DNA of 64,000 nucleotides, from IMG/VR virus record IMGVR_UViG_3300021424_000003, positions 55,345 to 119,344 of that record; one strand, 5' to 3'. Both the position numbers and the translations under genes were made by a program. The notes beneath the pieces are model-generated. The model did not search any database and had not been told where the DNA came from. It was given only the letters and a program-made list of their open reading frames with translations. The DNA is from a virus. Shown here piece by piece: positions 37,039-46,433 of the stretch; position 1 is the stretch's first letter; every line of letters begins with the position of its first letter.

Positions 37039-38112
37039 ATGGAAAAAAACAATTCCGGCCAACCACGTCGCCGCAGCATAGTCTCCGTTGACCCGGAAGC
37101 CCCTCGAAGAAAAATAACCGGCAAAAGAATGCCGAATATCAATATTGAGAGAAAATCAATAGAACCATCTCTTATAAAAGCCTTAGATTCGGCCGAGAGG
37201 ACAGTCGCGCCGATAACTAGGCCGCCCCTCGCCGATGGACGGTCAATGTATTTTGGAATGACACCATCAGAGATATCAAAGATGTGTGTTCCTATGTCAA
37301 GAGACGAGCAATTTACCTCTCTGGTAAAGATGAATTCGCTCGATAAATCAAATAAAGAAATAATTGAACCGTTTAGAAAAAGATTCGATAAATGGGCAGA
37401 AAATAAGTCTAACGCCGTTGATTTTTCCACTGGCCCCCTATCGCAGCTGCGCACCGCAGTCGAAAGGGCACTACTGGAATCAAGCGAGTTTCTAAATGCC
37501 GTGCACAAATATGGCATGCCATCACTCGTTATTCGTTCTGAATCTGCAGAGAAAAGTTTGATGGAAACAGGATTTATCAAAGAACATCTTGATGCAGCAG
37601 AAAAATCAGACCAGAGCATTGATTTCGTTCATTCAGTATTTGACCCGTTTGGCAATGAAATAAGTTTTTCCCCCAAATCTCTAATACCGAGGGAGGCACT
37701 CGACGGCTCCCCAGAAAGCGGAGACATACAAATAGATTCGTCATTCTCTGGACACCTGCGTCATGAGTGGGGCCACTATTTGCACATAGCGGTCCTCAAT
37801 GACTCTGAAAGGTCTGTTGGCATAGGGTCGCTCAAGAACAGGGAAAGTTCTCGACTGCTTGAAATAGCGGAAAAATATTGCTCGAATCAACCGCTATCTA
37901 AATACAGGGCAATACCGTTCGGGGATACGCCGGATACGCCGAGAGCCATATCGCAGCTTTCTCACGAAAGTCTTCTGGAAATGTTTGCGGAGGGCATATC
38001 CGCCTACTTGCATCCAGACGCAGAAGTAGGGCGGAAATCAATCAACTCTGTTTTGCGTAAAGACATAGAAACTATTCTGGGAGTCGTCCCGGATGAGCCT
38101 GAAATTCAATAA
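37039..38112 (+). CDS. Stand-alone zincin-like metallopeptidase
   Basis: LRHEWGHYLH ... EMFAEG. Confidence 0.65.
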   Translation: MEKNNSGQPRRRSIVSVDPEAPRRKITGKRMPNINIERKSIEPSLIKALDSAERTVAPITRPPLADGRSMYFGMTPSEISKMCVPMSRDEQFTSLVKMNSLDKSNKEIIEPFRKRFDKWAENKSNAVDFSTGPLSQLRTAVERALLESSEFLNAVHKYGMPSLVIRSESAEKSLMETGFIKEHLDAAEKSDQSIDFVHSVFDPFGNEISFSPKSLIPREALDGSPESGDIQIDSSFSGHLRHEWGHYLHIAVLNDSERSVGIGSLKNRESSRLLEIAEKYCSNQPLSKYRAIPFGDTPDTPRAISQLSHESLLEMFAEGISAYLHPDAEVGRKSINSVLRKDIETILGVVPDEPEIQ

Positions 38113-38291
38113 TGACCATGCCACGCTTTGAGGATAGTGACGACCTCTACGATGAATACCAGCGCTATGCACAGGGGGCTCATGGTGAGCCGGAAGATTA
38201 CGACACGTGGCTTGAATCGGAATACGGCAGAACCAAGCGTAAACGCCCTAAAAAGCAAAAGCCCATAAGGTTTGATAGGGACGGTGACTAA
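38112..38291 (+). CDS. Small hypothetical protein (59 aa)
   Basis: TAATG overlap; translated by hand as MTMPRFEDSDDLYDEY... Confidence 0.55.
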   Translation: MTMPRFEDSDDLYDEYQRYAQGAHGEPEDYDTWLESEYGRTKRKRPKKQKPIRFDRDGD

Positions 38292-38294
38292 ACT

Positions 38295-38483
38295 ATGTCA
38301 ACAATTTTCGGCTCAACCAAGGAGCCAAACTCAACCGCCCTGATTCGAATACTGAACTCTCAAATGCTCAGACAAAACGACTCGCTGATGGACGCGATAG
38401 CCATCGACGAGAGCGAATCCAAGAGTAAGCTTCCATCTCGAGAAGAGCGACTTAAGATGTCCCTAACAGAGACAAAAGAGTAG
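38295..38483 (+). CDS. Hypothetical protein
   Basis: Operon context. Confidence 0.5.
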   Translation: MSTIFGSTKEPNSTALIRILNSQMLRQNDSLMDAIAIDESESKSKLPSREERLKMSLTETKE

Positions 38484-38493
38484 GAACTAAGTT

Positions 38494-38703
38494 CTACTTT
38501 TCTGCCTTCATTAGTTCCTTGAGTTCGGCCGCAAGAATATTCTCGTAGTCCTCTGGGTAACGATGCTGCAAAACGATGAGGGCACGGCGACGAGCCTCCT
38601 GTCGGATGGTCATGAGACGCTTCCGTTCGGCCCTTTCGCCTTCGGACAGCCTCGGCCGACCCCTGTGAAGCCCCTTGTTCTTGAGCTTGCTGTACTCGGA
38701 CAT
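38494..38703 (-). CDS. Small basic protein with GRPR (AT-hook-like) motif
   Basis: GGAGG RBS; RGRPRL. Confidence 0.7.
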   Translation of the reverse strand: MSEYSKLKNKGLHRGRPRLSEGERAERKRLMTIRQEARRRALIVLQHRYPEDYENILAAELKELMKAEK

Positions 38704-38803
38704 TGAAATTCCTCCGTTTTATGTAGGTGGTAAGAATATATGCCATCTAAATACCCGATGCAACCCCCAACCGAGATTTTTTTTCTACTAATATCTCGCT
38801 ACT

Positions 38804-38989
38804 ATGACTGAACTAGACAAATACCTAACAGAATTATCTGAAATGTATGTTTATGACCAATTCTTTAGAGTTTCTATCTCAAGTGTTATAGATAGGCTTT
38901 TGGAGATAAGAAACAGCCTAGAACAGAATGCGGTTGTAATGGACGGGGACGAAATGGTGAAGCATTTTAACCGAAAGGGCCCCAAATGA
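38804..38989 (+). CDS. Hypothetical protein
   Basis: TAATAT -10 upstream; overlaps the next gene. Confidence 0.55.
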   Translation: MTELDKYLTELSEMYVYDQFFRVSISSVIDRLLEIRNSLEQNAVVMDGDEMVKHFNRKGPK

Positions 38990-39216
38990 CAGAGTTGCAG
39001 TGGTCCTGGCTGCTCGCCGGGATGGGCGTTATGGGGATGTACTTCGTTGGGAAAAAGAGGTGGGAGGCATTTCTCTGGCTAATCGTTATGGAGTGCCTCT
39101 GGGTAGTCTTTGCCATACAAACCCGGACATATGGGTTTATATTGGGGTCAATTGCCTATATTCTCGTTTACCTGAGAAACGTCAAACACTGGAGGAGCGG
39201 TGGAACAGGTCGCTAA
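38986..39216 (+). CDS. Small membrane protein (PnuC-like half)
   Basis: Three hydrophobic helices, Trp-rich. Confidence 0.55.
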   Translation: MTELQWSWLLAGMGVMGMYFVGKKRWEAFLWLIVMECLWVVFAIQTRTYGFILGSIAYILVYLRNVKHWRSGGTGR

Positions 39217-39377
39217 TGTCTGGATTATATTTTTTCTCGCTGTTTTTTACCTGTTGATGAAGTCTTCGTCTGGCGATAGCTGGAAAGACTAGCGACCCTA
39301 CGGTGGGCTCTTCTTTTCCTATCGCTACTGAGGTGGGCGTAAGTTTCGTTTAGTAAAAATTCCATTGGACAATGGTA

Positions 39378-39406
39378 TTGAGAAGTGATAAACCACAGTG
39401 TAAGTT
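39378..39406 (+). promoter_or_regulatory. SigA-type promoter for the tRNA cluster
   Basis: TTGAGA-17-TAAGTT. Confidence 0.55.
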
Positions 39407-39424
39407 TCGTGTGACATGGCACAC

Positions 39425-39504
39425 GGGCTTGTGGCGGAACTGGCAGACGCGCAGGATTTAGGTTCCTGTTCTACGGAGTGAGGGTTCGACTCCCTCCAGG
39501 CCCA
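39425..39504 (+). tRNA. tRNA-Leu(TAG)
   Basis: Cloverleaf; CAGGA-TT TAG GT-TCCTG; variable arm; GGTTCGA. Confidence 0.93.
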
Positions 39505-39523
39505 CCGAACAATCAGAGGAACA

Positions 39524-39721
39524 ATGAGCGACAATTTCAAAGAAGAGACCTTCATCACGGAAGATGTGGAATGGCTTTCTGCAAGCCTTTACTTCTCAAA
39601 AAAAATAAAATCCCTTGAAGAGAGAATTAAAAGTCTTGAGTCGTCTCTTATGAATGCGAAAGATAGGGCCATAACGGCTGAAGAAATGATAAGAAAGATA
39701 GAGAGGGCCCTAAGTGAGTGA
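39524..39721 (+). CDS. Hypothetical coiled-coil protein
   Basis: GAGGA RBS. Confidence 0.6.
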   Translation: MSDNFKEETFITEDVEWLSASLYFSKKIKSLEERIKSLESSLMNAKDRAITAEEMIRKIERALSE

Positions 39722-39908
39722 ATACAGTATGGACGAGCTCGGAGAAGACCTTCGACTCTTAATTAAGGCCGGTCTTGTCGATATTTCGATTAAGGAAAAT
39801 GGCGATTGGGTGTACAGAGCCGTCGATGGGGTTTCCGATATTTCTACCGAACAAATTCTTGCGGCCATCAATGCAGTAATAGAAGAAGAAGAATCAGAAG
39901 GTGTTTAA
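39714..39908 (+). CDS. Hypothetical protein
   Basis: Overlapping start, GAGGG RBS. Confidence 0.55.
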   Translation: MSEYSMDELGEDLRLLIKAGLVDISIKENGDWVYRAVDGVSDISTEQILAAINAVIEEEESEGV

Positions 39909-39913
39909 TACGC

Positions 39914-39987
39914 CCGAACGTGGCGCAGCTTGGTAGCGCACCTGCTTTGGGAGCAGGGGGCCGCAGGTTCAAATCCTGCCGTTCGGA
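39914..39987 (+). tRNA. tRNA-Pro(TGG)
   Basis: CCGAACG/CGTTCGG acceptor; CCTGC-TT TGG GA-GCAGG. Confidence 0.93.
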
Positions 39988-39996
39988 CTGGCGCAA

Positions 39997-40070
39997 CCGA
40001 ACATAGCCCAATTGGCAGAGGCAGGGGACTTAAAATCCCCTCAGTGCAGGTTCGAGTCCTGCTGTTCGGA
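39997..40070 (+). tRNA. tRNA-Leu(TAA), short variable loop (actinobacterial type)
   Basis: GGGGA-CT TAA AA-TCCCC; 5-nt variable loop. Confidence 0.88.
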
Positions 40071-40095
40071 CACATGGCACGTAGAATGAACGCTG

Positions 40096-40401
40096 ATGAA
40101 TAACATAAAAGTCATCTTCATCTTTTTTGGGAAGATTTTTTTAGCCATTAAAACCATGTCCTCACCGTCCTATTGGACGCGCGCCAACACCCTGGAGGCA
40201 TGTGGATTTGCCACAAAAATTGCAATTATCTTTCCTGGTCTTCTATTTGGCAAACAGTTCTGGTGGATATACATTTTTGCAATTATTTCCAGCATTGCAC
40301 TCATCTGGACATCCACAGTAAAAACGCTCCCCACCATAATCATTTTCAACGTTTTATGGGTAGTCCTTGCTTCCACGGCAATAATAAAACATTTCTCCTA
40401 G
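40096..40401 (+). CDS. Small membrane protein
   Basis: Three hydrophobic segments. Confidence 0.6.
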   Translation: MNNIKVIFIFFGKIFLAIKTMSSPSYWTRANTLEACGFATKIAIIFPGLLFGKQFWWIYIFAIISSIALIWTSTVKTLPTIIIFNVLWVVLASTAIIKHFS

Positions 40402-40406
40402 CTCGA

Positions 40407-40479
40407 GCCCCTATAGCTCAGTTGGTAGAGCAGCGGACTTTTAATCCGTGGGTCGCAGGTTCGAGCCCTGCTGGGGGTA
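40407..40479 (+). tRNA. tRNA-Lys(TTT)
   Basis: GCGGA-CT TTT AA-TCCGT. Confidence 0.93.
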
Positions 40480-40583
40480 CAAAATAAAACATAAAATTGC
40501 TTATTATTCGGTTGAACTATCCTGATGAATAAGATATGGTTGCGTCGCTTGATGGGGAAATTTCGAACGTAAAAGCGAAAAGG

Positions 40584-40656
<73 letters not shown>

Positions 40657-40657
40657 C

Positions 40658-41356
40658 ATGAAAAATGAAAAAAACAACTGCATCTACATAGGCTCGTCGG
40701 GCTTTGTTCGGCTGGACGGCTGTATGGGCGATGACCTATCAGTGGTAAATGCTGCTCGCGTTTCCTTCGCAAAGCGTTCGGAAGAAATGACAACCGCAGA
40801 CATCGGATTAATAGGTTTTCTAATGCGTGAGCGTCACGGCACACCGTTCGAGCATAACGCCTTCAGATTTCACGTTCGATGCCCAATATTTGTCGCTCGT
40901 GAGTGGTTTAGGCATCGCATCGGCTCTTTCAATGAATTTTCTGGAAGATACTCAGAGATGACGGAGGATGCATACATGCCAGAGTATGAATACATAAGAA
41001 CTCAGACTGGGAAGCCTGGCGCATACAGTTTTGAGCCGATAACTGATGAAAATAAGTTACTTTCCATAAGTAGCGAAATCGAAAAATCGTACACTCAATC
41101 GTTTACGCATTACCGTCAATTACTCAGTATGGGCGTAGCGAAGGAATTGGCCAGAGTGGTGATACCGGTTGGTGCATATACTGAATTTTATTGGACAGTC
41201 AATGCAAGGTCACTAATGAACTTCCTATCTCTGAGAACGCATGAAACGGCCCAGCTAGAGATACGGGAATTCGCCAATGCGGCAGCATCTCTTTTTATGG
41301 AAGAAATGCCAATCACCCACAGCGAGTGGGTGAAGAATAATAAGACGGCGCCATGA
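40658..41356 (+). CDS. thyX: FAD-dependent thymidylate synthase
   Basis: AARVSF, HGTPFEH, RHRIGSFNEFSGRY, ELAR, AQLEIR. Confidence 0.95.
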   Translation: MKNEKNNCIYIGSSGFVRLDGCMGDDLSVVNAARVSFAKRSEEMTTADIGLIGFLMRERHGTPFEHNAFRFHVRCPIFVAREWFRHRIGSFNEFSGRYSEMTEDAYMPEYEYIRTQTGKPGAYSFEPITDENKLLSISSEIEKSYTQSFTHYRQLLSMGVAKELARVVIPVGAYTEFYWTVNARSLMNFLSLRTHETAQLEIREFANAAASLFMEEMPITHSEWVKNNKTAP

Positions 41357-41808
41357 AGGGTTTTGATATTTCCAATAAGGAGTTCAATTTTGACGAGGAC
41401 TTAAAGTTCGGTGAGATGGGGGAAGATTATGCTCGTTCTTTTCTTAGGGCAATAACAACCGGCGATTATGAAGTCAAAACAGATAGATACAGAAATGGTC
41501 GCATGGTCATAGAGACCAACCAAAACCCCAGAGGGATGCTCGACCAAAACGGACAAAGAATTTGGGTCCCGAGCGGAATTAATGTAACTACCTCTAAATG
41601 GTGGATTTATATATTTTCTTTAGATGGAGCATTTTTAATGCTCGAAGTTGCAAGATTAAAAAGATACTTAAAATTTAATAAAAAAGTCTTTAATGATGCT
41701 ACGAAAATATCTCTTGGAGGCCTTGACAATCCTGCCCGTGGATTCATACTATATCCAAAGCACGTCAGCGACTTGCTGGCTAGTAGCGAATATGACCTGG
41801 GAGGGTAG
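41353..41808 (+). CDS. Putative PD-(D/E)XK nuclease-fold protein
   Basis: DL.FGE.GE..YEVKTDR..IE..SGI..T. Confidence 0.5.
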   Translation: MKGFDISNKEFNFDEDLKFGEMGEDYARSFLRAITTGDYEVKTDRYRNGRMVIETNQNPRGMLDQNGQRIWVPSGINVTTSKWWIYIFSLDGAFLMLEVARLKRYLKFNKKVFNDATKISLGGLDNPARGFILYPKHVSDLLASSEYDLGG

Positions 41809-41865
41809 AAGATGCCCAATATTTGGCCTACTGAAATTTCAGAGCGAATATCCGCCTAACTCCGA

Positions 41866-41938
41866 GCCTTCGTAGCTCAGTGGTTAGAGCAGCACTCTTA
41901 TAAGGTGTTGGCCGTGGGTTCAATTCCCACCGGAGGCA
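41866..41938 (+). tRNA. tRNA-Ile(TAT)
   Basis: GCCTTCG/CGGAGGC acceptor; GCACT-CT TAT AA-GGTGT. Confidence 0.88.
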
Positions 41939-41950
41939 CTGAGAAAGGAA

Positions 41951-42730
41951 ATGATGTCATCCTTTAAATATCCAAAACATCCACTCGAACGTCTCAACTA
42001 TGAAGATGTCGTTAAGCAATACAAGACGATGAAATTGTCCAAGACACCGGAAACGCAGTGGGAAAAAGACGTTCGTGGCTACGTCCATCGTTCTCGTCTC
42101 ATAGGCTGCGACAGGGTTGTCCGCGCACCGCGCTTCAGCAAAAGCAATAGGGGAGAAACTGGGCCGATACCGAGAAACAGCACCTACTACAAGATGCTTA
42201 CTTCGTTCAATAAACTTAGGCGCAATAAAGTTCAAGCCAACTGGAACATCCCAGCATGGGGCTCATGGACTAACTACTGGTGCTCGCTTCCAGATTGCAG
42301 CGGGCCACGAATTACGCACTGGAAAGACCTGGGCAACGTAATAGGCACCGGTCTAATGTGGACGCAGGATTGGGAGCCGGTTCCAGATTCTATTGAATTC
42401 GATTGCATCAATGGGGCAACAGAAATTTTGATTAACGAGCTAACAGATATCGGTGTTTCCATCGGCATGGACATTACTGAGCATGATGGGTTTGATAGCG
42501 TAAATGTCATTTTCAGGGGCGATGGCGAAACATGCCTTGCTAAATGGGAGTGGACCGACCAAATGTTTACGGCTGAATGGATTGAACCAGAACCGATAGG
42601 CTCGGTAGTCAATGACATCTCTCGCTATTTGCCGAAATTTGCCCTAGAACGACCGCCATCAAGAACAATGATTCATTTCGAAGTTGTTGGAGACGTGGCC
42701 AAGTTCATCAAAGAAAACCAACTACCGTAG
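41951..42730 (+). CDS. Hypothetical protein
   Basis: GAAAGGA RBS; 259 aa. Confidence 0.7.
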   Translation: MMSSFKYPKHPLERLNYEDVVKQYKTMKLSKTPETQWEKDVRGYVHRSRLIGCDRVVRAPRFSKSNRGETGPIPRNSTYYKMLTSFNKLRRNKVQANWNIPAWGSWTNYWCSLPDCSGPRITHWKDLGNVIGTGLMWTQDWEPVPDSIEFDCINGATEILINELTDIGVSIGMDITEHDGFDSVNVIFRGDGETCLAKWEWTDQMFTAEWIEPEPIGSVVNDISRYLPKFALERPPSRTMIHFEVVGDVAKFIKENQLP

Positions 42731-42743
42731 AAGGACTAAAGAA

Positions 42744-43028
42744 ATGCCCAACAATAGAGGAACACTTGGCGAGATACACATCGGCGGAAACGATTATGAA
42801 GTTGTTTACGTCATTTGGCATACCACAGACCCGGTTGCTAGATGGTTTGTGACTATCGAGGAAACCGGCGAGAGAGCGATATTGAAATCTCTTGTCGACA
42901 GACGCCCTCACCCCGGAAATCTCGGATATACACAGGATGCATGGACATACAATATTGTTGATGAAAAGACATGGCTCAGAATGAACGCCGGGGGGCTTCC
43001 AATACCCCCAAAAAAGATGATTCCATAG
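42744..43028 (+). CDS. Hypothetical protein
   Basis: AAGGA RBS before ATG 42744. Confidence 0.6.
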   Translation: MPNNRGTLGEIHIGGNDYEVVYVIWHTTDPVARWFVTIEETGERAILKSLVDRRPHPGNLGYTQDAWTYNIVDEKTWLRMNAGGLPIPPKKMIP

Positions 43029-43046
43029 GGCGCCAGTAGAGTAGGT

Positions 43047-43265
43047 ATGGGGCCACGTGGCGGTGACTCCGTAAAAAAGTCTCTTCTAAAAACCACTACT
43101 TGGTATTTTACTGACCTTATTTTAACATTTACTATTGCATTTGCCATAACACGCGACTTAAAGCCATCTATTGCTATTGGCATTGCCCAGCAAACATGGG
43201 AACTACTTCTGTACTTCTTCCATGAGCGAGCGTGGGTAAAGTTTGGCAAAGACAAGGGCGCTTAG
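43047..43265 (+). CDS. DUF2061-like small membrane protein
   Basis: SLLKTTTW..LYFFHERAW. Confidence 0.65.
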   Translation: MGPRGGDSVKKSLLKTTTWYFTDLILTFTIAFAITRDLKPSIAIGIAQQTWELLLYFFHERAWVKFGKDKGA

Positions 43266-43327
43266 CTCAGCGGTAGAGCAACTCGTTTACACCGAGTAGG
43301 TCGGGGGTTCGAGACCCTCAGCGCCCA
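43256..43327 (+). tRNA. tRNA-Val(TAC)
   Basis: GGGCGCT/AGCGCCC; CTCG-TT TAC AC-CGAG. Confidence 0.92.
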
Positions 43328-43335
43328 CTTCACCC

Positions 43336-43364
43336 TTGACTTCTGGGGGCCCAGCCTGTAGCGT
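43336..43364 (+). promoter_or_regulatory. SigA-type promoter
   Basis: TTGACT-17-TAGCGT. Confidence 0.55.
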
Positions 43365-43408
43365 ACTGAGACATAGCTCGTCAATTGACGACGATAGAGA
43401 GGAGAACC

Positions 43409-43630
43409 GTGGGGGATGACCTGACAACGAGCGACATCATTACTCGGCTTAAAATTGGCGCCACGCTACTTGACGAAGAAGTCAATAATGATGCGTATAT
43501 TCGCAGGCTTTTGCCGCCGGCAGAAATTTGCCTTGCCGCCGTCAAAGAGCTTGAAAGTCTTCAGGCTCGCTGTGTAGCGTACGAGGAGACCATCCGTCAA
43601 TTGACGGCTGAGTTGAACAAAACCAGATAA
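43409..43630 (+). CDS. Hypothetical protein
   Basis: GAGGAG RBS before GTG. Confidence 0.6.
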   Translation: MGDDLTTSDIITRLKIGATLLDEEVNNDAYIRRLLPPAEICLAAVKELESLQARCVAYEETIRQLTAELNKTR

Positions 43631-43653
43631 ACAAACAACAGAAAAGGACAACA

Positions 43654-43845
43654 ATGAAGCCCATAAAAATACTCAAATCAACAACAATTCTTGCGGCGCT
43701 CGCTGGCTTGATTTTGAGCATCTCGCTCTTCTTCAGTGGTGACACCGAGGCAGACAAACTCAACGGCATCTACGTCGGCATCTGGGTGCCCTCAATTCTC
43801 GCCCTCGGTTGCTTCATGCTCACCATTAAGGACAGGGATTGGTGA
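43654..43845 (+). CDS. Small membrane protein (GIYVGIWVPSIL)
   Basis: AAAGGA RBS; 2 TM helices. Confidence 0.7.
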   Translation: MKPIKILKSTTILAALAGLILSISLFFSGDTEADKLNGIYVGIWVPSILALGCFMLTIKDRDW

Positions 43846-44042
43846 CCGTGTCTCAAGCAACTCTTTTTTGTTTTGGGGCGGTGATTTTTCTCGTAGCCTT
43901 CACGGGGGCAATTCTGTATGGCATGTCCGCCACCGAACAAAAGTTTATGAAAGATACGAATACGAAATCGGGAAACCCCAAGGCGTGGGAGGTTTCTGCT
44001 GGCGGCATCGTTTCGGCCAAACGAAAAGTGAGGAATAGGTGA
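43839..44042 (+). CDS. Small membrane protein
   Basis: One TM helix; overlapping start. Confidence 0.55.
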   Translation: MVTVSQATLFCFGAVIFLVAFTGAILYGMSATEQKFMKDTNTKSGNPKAWEVSAGGIVSAKRKVRNR

Positions 44043-44254
44043 CGAGCAGGGACACATACGACATAGAGGAGTACGCCAGAGAACAGGAGCGCGAGATGAA
44101 GCGCATAAATGTTCAGCCAGCGCTTCTCATAAAGCTCCTGATGGAGTCTGAGCCATGTCTGTTCTCGAATAAGTCGGAACCCATCCCCGTAAAAGAGGTG
44201 AGTTCCAGCATTAAGGTGCCCCAATTTGAGAATGTCATTTGGCGCGAAGAATGA
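44039..44254 (+). CDS. Hypothetical protein
   Basis: GTGA overlap; GAGGA RBS. Confidence 0.55.
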   Translation: MTSRDTYDIEEYAREQEREMKRINVQPALLIKLLMESEPCLFSNKSEPIPVKEVSSSIKVPQFENVIWREE

Positions 44255-44312
44255 GTAGCGCCCTCATGTTGGTCAGGCTCGACGGATAAGAGAGTCGTTC
44301 GGACACAAGTTC

Positions 44313-44385
<73 letters not shown>

Positions 44386-44491
44386 CTATGCAGGAAACAA
44401 AAGATTATTCAGGAGGGAAAATGCAGTTTCCATTCATCGGACTACACCTCCTAAAGCCAGATTCGGTTTCGCCAAAAGAGACACGCCAAGG

Positions 44492-44983
44492 ATGAAGCAT
44501 CGTAAAAAGATAAGGCCGAAGGATTACGGCCCTGACCCGGGGTTCGAGCTATACCCAATCGTCATTCGCCAGACTCGCTATAGCGGTCTGTACGAGGGCG
44601 GGGAGTGGGCGGCATTTCCCAACGTTTACACCACGCTCGATAATGCGGCATTTGGCGACGATAAGTCCTGTTCCGCCTACTGGTGCTCACCTGCCGCCAA
44701 GCGCGTAGGCCTAGGCAGCACGCCCCAGGAGGCCTACGAGGACCTCATCAGGAGAAACGCCTATATCTGGAAAAAGCCGCCCCAGCGCCGCATCCCCCGT
44801 TACGCTGCTCGATTCTGGCTAAAACATTCCCCCGAAGGCGTAAGCCCCAACGCGATTTTTTTTAAAAAGGGCCCTCTCGAACTGCATCAGTTCGAGATTG
44901 ACCAGGATGACGACCAAAATGTCGGACGATATTCCGCACCAAAGTACCCAGACCCAGGACACCCCAATCCCAAGTTCGGATAG
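44492..44983 (+). CDS. Hypothetical protein
   Basis: YPIVIRQTRYSG.YEGG.W.AF. Confidence 0.6.
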   Translation: MKHRKKIRPKDYGPDPGFELYPIVIRQTRYSGLYEGGEWAAFPNVYTTLDNAAFGDDKSCSAYWCSPAAKRVGLGSTPQEAYEDLIRRNAYIWKKPPQRRIPRYAARFWLKHSPEGVSPNAIFFKKGPLELHQFEIDQDDDQNVGRYSAPKYPDPGHPNPKFG

Positions 44984-44992
44984 ATTTATCCG
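44977..44992. promoter_or_regulatory. Palindromic operator-like site CGGATAGATTTATCCG (related copies at 45364, 45657, 50333)
   Basis: GATA-N4-TATC core found four times, mostly upstream of genes. Confidence 0.55.
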
Positions 44993-45071
44993 GAAACCAA
45001 CCCGAGCCTATATGTGTCAGCAAGGCTGATACTTGTAGACTCAAGATTCACCCATCCTGAAAGGACACCAA

Positions 45072-45359
45072 ATGAGGCCAAAGAAGCCACGCCAGGGATA
45101 CCCCATTAGCTCACCAGAAGTCGCCAGACACGCTCTGCGCTACATTCTGGGGTATGTGAAAGAAAACGGGTTTGCGCCCAGCGTACGCGAAGTGGGGGCC
45201 TGTGTGGGCTATACCAGCTCCTCTACGGCCCACCTACTCATCCAGCATCTCATAGATGAGGGTTATGTCGAGATGAACCCCAAGATTGCTCGCTCCATCC
45301 GGGCGACAAAAGGGGGCGTAAAGCTGGCAACTAAGCGACCGGCGGCCAAACGCCCGTAA
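45072..45359 (+). CDS. LexA-like N-terminal winged-helix DNA-binding protein (no peptidase domain)
   Basis: YI..YVKENGFAPSVREVG..VG.TS.STAH..I..L..EGY. Confidence 0.8.
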   Translation: MRPKKPRQGYPISSPEVARHALRYILGYVKENGFAPSVREVGACVGYTSSSTAHLLIQHLIDEGYVEMNPKIARSIRATKGGVKLATKRPAAKRP

Positions 45360-45370
45360 TTCCGATAGAT

Positions 45371-45787
45371 TTATCCACAGGAGCTGAAATATCTGTCAAA
45401 ATTCTATTTGCCACAACGGCTAGGAGACAAAAAATGACCTTACGTACACCAGAGGACAGAATCAAGACAGTTATCAGGCTGCTAAGGGAGTACAAAAACC
45501 CTATTGCGGATGCCTACATCTCTTACTACGAGAGAAATGGCGATTTGACACCCGAAATGCTCAATGGTGCAGAACGTCTGGAGCGAAATCTGGATAAGCA
45601 GCGACTAACCGGATGATGTCCGTTAAGCCAGAAACGAGAGTTTTCTAGGGGTGTTTGGATAAATCTAACAGAGAAAGTTTGGGGTCAAAAATTTGAAATT
45701 TGGCTCCCCCCCGTATTCTCAGTAAAACAGGAAAGTATGCGGGGCTCCCGAGGCAGTTATCCACAGTTATCCACAGGCTTATCCACA
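45371..45787 (+). promoter_or_regulatory. Four perfect DnaA boxes TTATCCACA (45371, 45757, 45767, 45779)
   Basis: Exact consensus matches; three in tandem within 31 bp. Confidence 0.8.
45434..45616 (+). CDS. Hypothetical protein
   Basis: AGGAG RBS. Confidence 0.6.
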   Translation: MTLRTPEDRIKTVIRLLREYKNPIADAYISYYERNGDLTPEMLNGAERLERNLDKQRLTG

Positions 45788-45809
45788 GGGTCAAACACCG
45801 TGGAAATGC

Positions 45810-45838
45810 TTGACTCGACCATTCCATTCGTGTACCGT
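45810..45838 (+). promoter_or_regulatory. SigA-type promoter driving the leaderless LysM gene
   Basis: TTGACT-17-TACCGT-7-ATG. Confidence 0.65.
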
Positions 45839-45845
45839 CGAAGGT

Positions 45846-46211
45846 ATGAGGACACACACCCTACACACCACCTACCACCCAACCACTCACCCACGGGCTA
45901 CCCGTATCAGGTGGGAAGCAACACCGAAGCACGCTCGCCGTCTCGCAGTTCGTCGCCGTCGCCGTATCGTGAAGGCGTTGCTCGCAGTCGCACTCGTTTA
46001 TTCATTCGTGTTCGTCATCGGCAAGGTAGTCGATAGCAAGTACGCCTATTCGTGTCCGTCTCTCACCGTGACCGTTCTAGGTGGCGACACACTTAGCAGT
46101 ATCACCGAAAGGTATTGCGAGGGACACACACTACAAGCGGCGTTCGACCTCGCAGACAAGCGAGGCTCGTCATTCATTCAGGTCGGCGACATTATCACGC
46201 TCGGCAACTAA
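45846..46211 (+). CDS. Membrane-anchored LysM protein (YneA/ChiZ/DivS-like architecture)
   Basis: Arg-rich N-terminus, one TM helix, VTV..GDTLSSI.ERY..IQVGD.I. Confidence 0.75.
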   Translation: MRTHTLHTTYHPTTHPRATRIRWEATPKHARRLAVRRRRRIVKALLAVALVYSFVFVIGKVVDSKYAYSCPSLTVTVLGGDTLSSITERYCEGHTLQAAFDLADKRGSSFIQVGDIITLGN

Positions 46212-46229
46212 GAGAGGTATGCTCGCACT

Positions 46230-46433
46230 ATGACTACACACACCGACACGCACGACAGGTTTCGCCAGTGCCCCCGTTGCCACGGTTTCATTCCGAACAA
46301 TGAGACACCGGGGGCATACCCCGGTGCTATCTCACGCCTAGACAACACGACCGAAGTGTGCTCATCGTGCGGTACGGAGGAAGCGATAGAACAATGGCAG
46401 GGGCAACTCGTGGACTGGCGTGCGACTAAGTGA
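46230..46433 (+). CDS. Zn-finger small protein
   Basis: CPRC..PGAISRLDN.TEVCSSCG.EEA. Confidence 0.7.
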   Translation: MTTHTDTHDRFRQCPRCHGFIPNNETPGAYPGAISRLDNTTEVCSSCGTEEAIEQWQGQLVDWRATK

